This document shows positions 56,676-64,000 of a stretch of 64,000 nucleotides of DNA, piece by piece (positions within the stretch are counted from its first letter, which is position 1; each line of letters begins with the position of its first letter). The notes under the pieces were generated by a model. It did not search any database, was not told the origin of the DNA, and saw nothing but the letters and a program-made list of their open reading frames with translations. Source of the stretch: an uncultured Gemmatimonadales bacterium (GTDB taxonomy: Bacteria; Gemmatimonadota; Gemmatimonadetes; Gemmatimonadales; GWC2-71-9); assembly GCA_963831425.1 (NCBI GenBank), contig CAWHQC010000031.1, forward strand, positions 330,199 to 394,198, in the 5' to 3' direction. The position numbers were made by a program, and so were the translations under genes.

Positions 56676-57302
56676 TCAAGGAACGAGGTCCGCCAACGGA
56701 AATGACTCGCCCGCGGACACGCGCCGCTCGAGGGCCGCGAACGCCTCGTCGGGATCATAGGTCAGGTACGATCCCTTCTTCCGTCTGGCCTCGAGCCAGG
56801 GCTCGAACTCCGATTCCACCATCCCCTCCGACGTCCGCTGCTCCCTTGCCGCCAGTACCGCGAGATCATTGGCGTACTCGTTCTTGGCGTGCCCCTGATG
56901 GCCGCGCACCCAGGTCCACTGCACGTCGTGCAGCCGAGAGGACGCGAGCAACGCCTTCCACAGCTCGAGGTTCTCGATCGGACCCTGCTTCCGGCTCCAC
57001 CCCCTCGCGGCCCAGGCGGAGACCCACTCCCTCATACCCTTCACCAGGTACTGGGAGTCGGACACGATCAGGACCCCGAGCCGCGATCCCTTCTTGGCCA
57101 GGAGCTGCAGCGCCGCGATCGCGCCGCTCAGCGCCATGCGGTTGTTGGTCGTGGCCGGCGAGCTGATGTAGAAGTCGCGCCGCTCGACCCGGCCCCGGCC
57201 GCTCCGCGCCTCGACCAGTCCGCCGCTGCCGCCGGGGTTCTCGCCCTCGCGCCCGTTGCCCAGGCAGCTCTCGTCGAGGTGGAGGACGGCGACACCGCTC
57301 AT
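56676..57302 (-). CDS. rnhA: Ribonuclease HI with a C-terminal extension
   Basis: LDESCLGN, TNNRMAL, SDSQY and GHQGHAKNEYAD-like blocks. Confidence 0.85.
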   Translation of the reverse strand: MSGVAVLHLDESCLGNGREGENPGGSGGLVEARSGRGRVERRDFYISSPATTNNRMALSGAIAALQLLAKKGSRLGVLIVSDSQYLVKGMREWVSAWAARGWSRKQGPIENLELWKALLASSRLHDVQWTWVRGHQGHAKNEYANDLAVLAAREQRTSEGMVESEFEPWLEARRKKGSYLTYDPDEAFAALERRVSAGESFPLADLVP

Positions 57303-57523
57303 CCGACCACCTGGAAGCTGTCGATCTGATCCAGCCGGAACGTCAGCTCCTCGCCGGTCATCGGCAGCCGCCCGATCAGCACGTCGTGCCGGTCCTCGTT
57401 GGTGACGCGCAGGGCGACGACGACGTATTCGGTGCCGCGCCGCGAGAGCGCAACCCGCTGACCCCGGCGGGCGGCGTGCTCGAGCTGGTCCATGCGGTCA
57501 GCGGTCCAGCGTAGGGGCGGCAT
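57299..57523 (-). CDS. Hypothetical small protein (74 aa), coupled to rnhA
   Basis: ORF track entry. The stop overlaps the rnhA ATG (ATGA). No family recognised. Confidence 0.45.
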   Translation of the reverse strand: MPPLRWTADRMDQLEHAARRGQRVALSRRGTEYVVVALRVTNEDRHDVLIGRLPMTGEELTFRLDQIDSFQVVG

Positions 57524-57565
57524 CGGGCGGTGTGTCGGGGAGTGCGTCGAACACGGGGCTCGAGG

Positions 57566-58642
57566 TCACACGAACTTCCTCACCACGCGAATGCGGCCCG
57601 CCGGTGCCGCCGTCACCCGTCCGATCACGGCAGCCGCCGGCGTCCGCTCGGCGTGCAGGGCGGCGAGCAGCGCCGCCTCGTTCTCGCGTGGCACGGCCAG
57701 CAGCAGCCCGCCCGACGTCTGGGCATCCACGCACATCACCCGGTCCGCCGGTGCCAGGTCGTCTGCCCACTCGACCTGCGATTCCGCCGCCGTCAGGTTG
57801 CGCTGGGTGCCGCCGGGGACGACGCCGCGGTTGGCCAGGTTCCAGGCGTGCGGCAGCAGCGGCAGCGACTCGTACGCGATCTCGGCGCCGACGCCGCTCG
57901 CCGCGAGGATGTTGCCCAGATGGCCCAGCAGTCCGAAGCCGGTCACGTCCGTCGCCGCGCTCACGCCCACCGCGAGCGCGGCCCGGGCGGCGCCGTCGTT
58001 GAGCGTGGTCATGGAGCGGACCGCGTCGGCCATGCCCGCCTCGATCAGGGCGTCGCGCTTGAGCGCGGTGGACAGGATGCCCGTGCCGAGGGGCTTGGTG
58101 AGGACGAGCACGTCGCCGGCGCAGGCGCCGGCGTTGGTGAGTGCGCGATCGGGGTGGACCTCACCGATTACCACGAGCCCGAAGAGCGGCTCGAGCACGT
58201 CGATCGAGTGGCCGCCCAGCATGAGACAGCCCGCGCGACCGGTCACTTCAGCCGCCCCCGCGAGCACCTCGCCAAGGACGTCGAACGGCACCTTCTCCCG
58301 CGGCCAGCCCACGAGATTGAGCGCGAAGAGCGGCGTCCCGCCCATCGCGTACACGTCACTCAGCGCGTTCGCCGCGGCAATTGCCCCCCAGGCGCGCGGG
58401 TCGTCCACGATGGGGGTGAAGAAGTCCGTGGTGGCCACGAGCGCCCGGTCGTCGCTCAGCCGGAAGACGGCCGCATCGTCGCGGGTCGTCGCGTCGACCA
58501 GCACGCGGGGGTCGGCCACGCCGGGCAGGTGCCGCAGCACCTCGGCCAGGTCGACAGAGCCGAGCTTGCAGGCGCAGCCCGCCCCGTGGGAGAGCGAGGT
58601 GAGTCGGAGTCTGGACTTCGGGTCCGCCGTCGCGTCGGCCAT
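57566..58642 (-). CDS. selD: Selenide, water dikinase (selenophosphate synthetase), Cys-type
   Basis: SHGAGCACK N-terminal loop (Cys rather than Sec), DDAAVF, TTDFFTP and GGHSI. Confidence 0.9.
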   Translation of the reverse strand: MADATADPKSRLRLTSLSHGAGCACKLGSVDLAEVLRHLPGVADPRVLVDATTRDDAAVFRLSDDRALVATTDFFTPIVDDPRAWGAIAAANALSDVYAMGGTPLFALNLVGWPREKVPFDVLGEVLAGAAEVTGRAGCLMLGGHSIDVLEPLFGLVVIGEVHPDRALTNAGACAGDVLVLTKPLGTGILSTALKRDALIEAGMADAVRSMTTLNDGAARAALAVGVSAATDVTGFGLLGHLGNILAASGVGAEIAYESLPLLPHAWNLANRGVVPGGTQRNLTAAESQVEWADDLAPADRVMCVDAQTSGGLLLAVPRENEAALLAALHAERTPAAAVIGRVTAAPAGRIRVVRKFV

Positions 58643-58647
58643 GCTCG

Positions 58648-59388
58648 TTGGGGAATGCGGTGAACGGTGGTAGGATTCCGCCCATGTCGACCGATGCGAT
58701 CGCCCTCGGCACGGCCGCCATGCTGGGCTTTCTCCACGCGCTGGAGGTGGACCACATGGTGGCCGTCACCACCTTCGTCAGCCGGCGGCCGACACCGGCC
58801 GCGGCGGTCCGGTTCGGCTTCAAGTGGGGAGTTGGGCATTCCGTTGCCGTGCTCGCGGCGGGCGGGTTGCTGCTCGCGACCGGCCTGCGCTGGCCCACCC
58901 GCTACGATGCCCTCGGCGAGGGGCTCGTCGGCCTCATGCTCATCGGGCTGGGGAGCTGGGCCCTCATCTCCGCACGGAAGTTACACCTGCACCCCCAGGA
59001 GGAACACGGGGGCCACGCGCACCTCCACCTGCACGGGGGCGCCGCGCGGCACGCCCACGCCCACGGCGCGGCGGCCCCGGCGCGCGAGCCGCACGAGCAT
59101 GGCGGGATCACGCTGGTCGGCCTGCTCCATGGACTGGCCGGCAGCAGTGGCGTGGTGGCGCTCGTGCCGGTCAGCATGATGGACCGGGTCGGCCTCGGCG
59201 TGGGCTATCTCACCTGCTTCGGCGTCGGGGTAACGCTGGCGATGGTGCTCTTCGCGCTGATCGCCGCACGGCTCATGCACCGGGCGACGAAGGGCTCGCT
59301 CGTCTGGGGGCGCCGCATGGTTCGGCTGGTGGGACTCTCCGGCCTGGCGGTGGGCGTCTGGTGGCTCCGTGCGGCGGCGGGGATCTAG
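58648..59388 (+). CDS. Nickel/cobalt transporter-like membrane protein (NicO/UreH-like) with a His-rich loop
   Basis: GFLHALEVDHMVAV motif. The loop is HLHPQEEHGGHAHLHLHGGAARHAHAHG. The start is probably ATG 58684. Confidence 0.5.
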   Translation: MGNAVNGGRIPPMSTDAIALGTAAMLGFLHALEVDHMVAVTTFVSRRPTPAAAVRFGFKWGVGHSVAVLAAGGLLLATGLRWPTRYDALGEGLVGLMLIGLGSWALISARKLHLHPQEEHGGHAHLHLHGGAARHAHAHGAAAPAREPHEHGGITLVGLLHGLAGSSGVVALVPVSMMDRVGLGVGYLTCFGVGVTLAMVLFALIAARLMHRATKGSLVWGRRMVRLVGLSGLAVGVWWLRAAAGI

Positions 59389-59389
59389 T

Positions 59390-60271
59390 CTAGGTGCCGA
59401 CCCAGACCAGCGCGCGGACAGCAATCAAGGCGCGCTCCTCCTGCGCCATCGTACCGAAGGTGCCATCCGCCCGCTGACGCTCGGCCACGGCGGGCATGGC
59501 GCGGTGGATGAGGGTCCGCGCGCCCGCGAGGCCAGTCGCGAGCAGCGCCTCGAGCGTGGCGAACATGTCCGCGTGGGGCCAGCATCCGTCCACCCGCTGG
59601 TGCGAGGTCATGAGCGACACCAGCGCCTCCACCGTCGGGCGAAACCGTGTGCCGCCCAGCGCGAGCGCGTGCAATCCCGCCACGATCACGTCCGGCGGGA
59701 AGAACCCGCTCCAGTCCGTCCACTGTTCGGCCAGAAGCTGCAGGCTCTCGAGGTGCTGCGCGATCGCCGGCCGGTGTCCCAGCCCAGCCCGGAGCGCCGC
59801 CCTGAGCGCGAGGCAACTGATCCCGAATCGCGCCGCCGGCTCCGCGCGAAACACCTTGCCGTTGGGCAGGGTGATCGGCGCGAGCCGCTGGCCCGGTGGC
59901 GCCGCAGCGAAGAACCCGCGCAGCCAGTGCTCGCAGGTGCGCTGGGCGTGCCGCAGCCGATCGCATCCCTCACCATAGGCCCCCACGTCCCCCTGGTGCC
60001 GCAGCAGCCAGTCGAGCACCAGACGAACATCCGGGTCGTCGGGCGGACGGCCCAGATCGAGCAGCTCGTGCGCGCGCCAGATCGTGGGCACGGCCGCTCC
60101 GCCTACGCTGCCGTCGGGCCGGACCTCGGCCGCCATCGCGGCGGCGAGCTCGCGCGCGAGCTCGCCGTCTCCCGCCGCCGCCGCCCCGAGTGCACGCCGC
60201 GCCAGAACCCCCTGCCGGGTCTGGCGGGTGGCGAAATACAGCGCCAGCCGTTCGAGGGGCGTCGGACTCAC
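59390..60271 (-). CDS. Prenyltransferase / terpene-cyclase-like alpha-alpha toroid repeat protein
   Basis: Starts at GTG 60271. Four Q..DG..G-type repeats: VRPDGSVGG, HQGDVGAYG, HQRVDGCWP and RQRADGTFG. Confidence 0.45.
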   Translation of the reverse strand: MSPTPLERLALYFATRQTRQGVLARRALGAAAAGDGELARELAAAMAAEVRPDGSVGGAAVPTIWRAHELLDLGRPPDDPDVRLVLDWLLRHQGDVGAYGEGCDRLRHAQRTCEHWLRGFFAAAPPGQRLAPITLPNGKVFRAEPAARFGISCLALRAALRAGLGHRPAIAQHLESLQLLAEQWTDWSGFFPPDVIVAGLHALALGGTRFRPTVEALVSLMTSHQRVDGCWPHADMFATLEALLATGLAGARTLIHRAMPAVAERQRADGTFGTMAQEERALIAVRALVWVGT

Positions 60272-60293
60272 GGTGCGGGGGTCCGGCCGGCAC

Positions 60294-61664
60294 CTACCAC
60301 GACCGACGGATCGAGTCGGCGGAGAACAGCACGCCGCGGGACATGACGCGGTCGATCGCGAGCGTGTTGCCGATATCGGCGAGTGGATCCCGGGTGAGCA
60401 CCACCAGATCGGCCGCCTTGCGCGGGGCGATGATGCCGAGCGAATCGACGCCGAGGAGCAACGCCCCGCTCCGGGTCGCGGCGGCGAGGGCGTCACGCGG
60501 GGAGAACCCCGCCTGCACCAGCAACGCCATCTCGCGATGCTCGCTGTAGCCAGGGATGAGCATCTGGTTGGACGCGTCGGTGCCTGCGGCGATGGTGCCG
60601 CCCGCGGCCGCGAAGCGGCGAAGAAAAAGGTCCTGCCGCGGCCGTGCCGCTCGAAATGCCGCGAACTCCGCGGCCGTCCACCCCGCCCGCCGCACCATGT
60701 CCGGCACGTTCCAGCGCTGCTGCTGCAGCGCCGGCACGGCACGGAGCATCGTGTCCTGGAGCATCGTTGGATCGTCCAGCCGGCTGAAGGTATCGTGCAG
60801 CACGAGGGTGGGCACCATGATCACGTGCTCGTGGGCGAGCTCGGTTGCCACCCGGTCGAGCGCCGCGGAATCGAGCCCGGCCCAGCTCCGTTCGAAGGCG
60901 GTCCACCCGGGAAAGAAGCCACGGTAGTGCGCCGCCATGATGGATGACGCATCGGGCACGCACGATTCCGGCACGCCGCTCAGGTGCTCGATGGACCAGA
61001 TCCCCGCTGCCCCGGCCACGGTCGCGCTGGTCATCCCCAGGTGGCCGGCCACGCGCAGGTTGAATGTCTTCGCCTCGTCCACAGCGGCGCGAAGCAGGGT
61101 CGGATCGATCCGGGTATAGACCTTCACCAGGTCGACGCCCGAGTTGACCAGGCGGTCGACGGCCTTCCGGGCGTCGCGCGCGCTGCTGGCGCCGATCGCG
61201 TCGGGGTACGTGGTGGGCAGGCCGTCGATCATGGCGCCCGCGCTGTAGATCCGCGGCCCGGGCATGCCGCCGCGATTGATCCGGTCGCGGAGTCGCAGAA
61301 TGGTGTCGAGGCTGCCGTGCAGATCGCGCACGGTCGTCACCCCCCACGCCAAGTAGCGTGGCAGGGCCCACGGCTCGACGTGCGCGTGCGCATCGATGAG
61401 GCCGGGGATGATCCATCGGCCGCGGAGCTCCACCTCCACCGTACGCGGCGGGAGCTGGAAGCCGGCCCGGGTGCCGACCGACTCGATCTGGCCGCGCCGT
61501 ACCACGATGGCCGCGTCGGGGAGCGCCGGCCCACCGCTGCCGTCGATCAGCGTTGCGCCGACGAGAGCCACACCGTCGGTGGTTTCGCGGCGGCAGCCCG
61601 CGAGCAGGCCGATCGCCAGCAGCAGCGACGCGGTGGCGGACGCGGGACAACGGCTGAGGCGCAT
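60294..61664 (-). CDS. Amidohydrolase-family lipoprotein (metal-dependent hydrolase)
   Basis: LLLAIGLLAGC lipobox, PGLIDAHAHV (HxH) and AAGTDA near the C-terminus. Confidence 0.8.
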   Translation of the reverse strand: MRLSRCPASATASLLLAIGLLAGCRRETTDGVALVGATLIDGSGGPALPDAAIVVRRGQIESVGTRAGFQLPPRTVEVELRGRWIIPGLIDAHAHVEPWALPRYLAWGVTTVRDLHGSLDTILRLRDRINRGGMPGPRIYSAGAMIDGLPTTYPDAIGASSARDARKAVDRLVNSGVDLVKVYTRIDPTLLRAAVDEAKTFNLRVAGHLGMTSATVAGAAGIWSIEHLSGVPESCVPDASSIMAAHYRGFFPGWTAFERSWAGLDSAALDRVATELAHEHVIMVPTLVLHDTFSRLDDPTMLQDTMLRAVPALQQQRWNVPDMVRRAGWTAAEFAAFRAARPRQDLFLRRFAAAGGTIAAGTDASNQMLIPGYSEHREMALLVQAGFSPRDALAAATRSGALLLGVDSLGIIAPRKAADLVVLTRDPLADIGNTLAIDRVMSRGVLFSADSIRRSW

Positions 61665-61750
61665 GTGAGGACGGGTTAAGAGGGTGTAGCAAGGTGGGGC
61701 GGCGGCCCGGCCCGTGCAAGATCCGCGTGGGGCCGCATTATACTTGGGCG

Positions 61751-63604
61751 ATGACGGACGTCAGCATCGGATCGCCCTCGGATGCGGCCGAGCCCCGCCT
61801 CGCCCCGCCCCGGCCCCAGCCGATCTCCGATTATGGCCTCATCGGAGACATGCGCACCGCCGCCCTGGTCGGCCTCGACGGCGCGATCGACTGGTGCTGT
61901 CTCCCCCAGTTCGACAGCGGCAGCGTCTTCGCCGCGTTGCTCGATCCGGAGCGCGGCGGTACCTGGTCCGTCCGCCCCCGCGCCGAGTGGACCTCCACTC
62001 AGCGCTATCTCCCCCGGACCAATATCCTGGAGACGACGTTTCGCGCGCCGACGGGCGTAGTGGTGGTCACCGACTTCATGCCGGTCGACGAGGATGGCCG
62101 GCCGTCCGGTCCACATCCCGAGATCCACCGGCACCTGCGTTGCACCCGCGGCCAGGTGCCGATGCAGATGACCTTCATGCCGCGCTTCGAGTACGGTGCG
62201 CGGACCACCCGGCTCGAGTCGCTCCGCGCGGGCCTCTTCGCCACCGACCGCACCGATCAGGTGCTGACGCTGTCCAGCGCGGTGCCATTCGAGTGGGTGG
62301 TCGAGCAGTCCACCGCCATGGCGGCATTCACCCTCGAGAAGGGCGAGGCCCGCTGGATGGTGCTGCGGTACGATGACGACGACATCCATCCGGTGGACCG
62401 CTACGAGAGCGCCCGCAAGCTCGACATCACCGCCGCGTTCTGGGCGCGCTGGGCTGCCGGCGTGCGCTATACCGGACCGTTCCGCGGGATGGTCAAGCGC
62501 TCGGCGCTGCTGCTCAAGCTGCTCACCCATGCCGAGACCGGCGCGATCATCGCCGCGCCGACCACGTCATTGCCGGAGACGATCGGAGGGATGCGGAACT
62601 GGGACTACCGCTTCGTCTGGCTGCGCGATGCGGCATTCACGCTGGCTGCGCTGGACGCGGTGGGGCACCGGCGCGAGGCCGACGCGTTCATGCGCTTCCT
62701 GAAGAAGATCTCCCGGCATGAGGGCGGCGGCCACCTGCAGATCATGTACGGCATCGATGGCCGGCGCGACCTGGTCGAGCGTCAGCTCGATCACCTGTCC
62801 GGCTACCGCGGCTCACGGCCCGTGCGCGTGGGCAACGGCGCGGTCGGGCAGTTGCAGCTCGACGTCTACGGCGAGGTGCTCGAGACCGCCGACATCTGGC
62901 GGCGCAATCACGAGATGACCGAGGGCACCTGGCGGGTGTTGCGCGGCCTGGTGGATTGGGTCAGCAGGAACTGGCACCTTCCCGACTCCAGCATCTGGGA
63001 AGTCCGGGGTGAGGTCCGGCACTACGTCTTCAGCAAGGTGATGAGCTGGGTGGCGCTCGACCGCGGGATCCGGATGGCGGACGAGCTCGGCCTCGAGTCC
63101 AACGGGGGCGACTGGCGGGCCCAGCGCGACGCGCTCCACGCGGAGATCATGGAGCGAGGCTGGAGCGAGCGGCACCAGTCGTTTACCCAGGCCTACGATG
63201 ACGACGCGCTCGACGCCGCGGCGCTCGCCATTCCCATGGTCCGCTTCCTCCCATGGAACCACGCCCGGGTGCACGCCACCGTCAACGCCGTGGCCCGCGA
63301 GCTCACCAGCGCGGACGGGGAGCTGGTTTACCGCTATCGGCACCCGGACGGCCTGGAGGGAGACGAAGGGGCGTTCTCGATCTGTACGTTCTGGCTGGCC
63401 CAGGCACTGACGATGATCGGTGAGCGCGAGCGGGCTGAACGGGTGTTCCGCCGGATGTTGCGCCACGCGAACCACGTCGGGCTCTACTCCGAGGAGATCG
63501 ACCCGGCGACCGGCGAATTCCTGGGCAACTTCCCCCAGGCGTTCACCCACATCGCGCTGATCAACTGCGCCGCTGCCCTGGCTCGAACGAGGCCGGTCGG
63601 CTAG
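61751..63604 (+). CDS. Glycoside hydrolase family 15 protein (glucoamylase/trehalase-like)
   Basis: Starts at ATG 61751. Contains ISDYGLIGDMRTAALV, RNWDYRFVWLRDA and FWLAQAL. Confidence 0.85.
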   Translation: MTDVSIGSPSDAAEPRLAPPRPQPISDYGLIGDMRTAALVGLDGAIDWCCLPQFDSGSVFAALLDPERGGTWSVRPRAEWTSTQRYLPRTNILETTFRAPTGVVVVTDFMPVDEDGRPSGPHPEIHRHLRCTRGQVPMQMTFMPRFEYGARTTRLESLRAGLFATDRTDQVLTLSSAVPFEWVVEQSTAMAAFTLEKGEARWMVLRYDDDDIHPVDRYESARKLDITAAFWARWAAGVRYTGPFRGMVKRSALLLKLLTHAETGAIIAAPTTSLPETIGGMRNWDYRFVWLRDAAFTLAALDAVGHRREADAFMRFLKKISRHEGGGHLQIMYGIDGRRDLVERQLDHLSGYRGSRPVRVGNGAVGQLQLDVYGEVLETADIWRRNHEMTEGTWRVLRGLVDWVSRNWHLPDSSIWEVRGEVRHYVFSKVMSWVALDRGIRMADELGLESNGGDWRAQRDALHAEIMERGWSERHQSFTQAYDDDALDAAALAIPMVRFLPWNHARVHATVNAVARELTSADGELVYRYRHPDGLEGDEGAFSICTFWLAQALTMIGERERAERVFRRMLRHANHVGLYSEEIDPATGEFLGNFPQAFTHIALINCAAALARTRPVG

Positions 63605-63633
63605 TCGGGAGTTGCCGCCGGCCCGGCGTCCGC

Positions 63634-64000
63634 TCAGCGGCGGCGTCCGCCTCGCTTCGTGGCTTTCCGGGAAGCCTTCCTCGCGCTCTTCCTGGGAGCT
63701 TGCTTCGCCGCCTTCTTGGCCATCTTCTTTGCACCTTTGGCGGGCCGCTTGGCGGTTTTCCGGGCTGCCTTCTTTGCCGCAGCCTTCTTCGCGGACTTTT
63801 TAGGGGATTTTTTGGCTGTCTGCCTGGCTGCCTTCTTCGACGACTTCTTGGGCCCTTTCTTGGCCGACTTCTTGGCCGGCGTCCGTTCGGACGAGCGCGA
63901 GCGGTCCCGCTGAGCCCTGGTCGCAGGTTCGCTGAGGCGCGGGGGCGCCGATTCCCCCGGCGAAGGAGCGACCGGGGGCGCGGACGGGGCCGGAGGATAC
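63634..64000 (-). CDS. Lys/Ala-rich histone H1-like protein, C-terminal part (5' end outside window)
   Basis: Manual reverse translation gives ...ERTPAKKSAKKGPKKSSKKAARQTAKKSPKKSAKKAAAKKAARKTAKRPAKGAKKMAKKAAKQAPRKSARKASRKATKRGGRRR, with the stop at 63634-63636. It is open to the window edge. Confidence 0.6.
   Translation of the reverse strand, partial: YPPAPSAPPVAPSPGESAPPRLSEPATRAQRDRSRSSERTPAKKSAKKGPKKSSKKAARQTAKKSPKKSAKKAAAKKAARKTAKRPAKGAKKMAKKAAKQAPRKSARKASRKATKRGGRRR

Overview
Very GC-rich (about 70% G+C by eye) bacterial chromosomal segment, densely coding on both strands, with about 75 protein genes. I recognised no rRNA, tRNA, CRISPR array, transposase or prophage gene. The phylum cannot be fixed from the sequence alone.

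Gene content:
- 0-23 kb is origin-proximal housekeeping. It holds rnd, a 7Fe ferredoxin and def, then a complete sufR-sufBCDSU Fe-S operon extended by a bacilliredoxin. Next come mnmG, two near-consensus parS sites, parA-parB-M23 peptidase-bactofilin, and a BMP-type ABC importer with an embedded Nif3 gene.
- 23-64 kb is mixed core and accessory. It holds plsC, an AI-2E transporter, small DUF genes, ndh-queG-dinB, a LOG/deoxyhypusine-synthase-like/MFS operon and an output-less triple-GAF protein. It also holds an ABC exporter, an EF-G paralog, thyX, a thiolase-SPFH-hbd operon, glgC, rnhA, selD, an amidohydrolase, a GH15 hydrolase and a partial Lys/Ala-rich H1-like protein.

Best candidate for an undescribed system: the minus-strand operon at 42.3-46.1 kb. 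It encodes two Ddl-type ATP-grasp ligases, a GNAT and a KamA-family 2,3-aminomutase. This suggests a beta-amino-acid peptide or conjugate pathway. It is bracketed by unusual intergenic GTCGYNN heptad-repeat hairpins and preceded by a terminator-like leader.

Major caveat: at least about 30 frameshifts interrupt otherwise recognisable genes. Almost all lie in the first 29 kb, chiefly in sufB, mnmG, parA and parB. At least two sit in C/G homopolymers. I read them as sequence or assembly errors, not real gene decay. They are typed 'pseudogene' below only because no intact reading frame exists as assembled.
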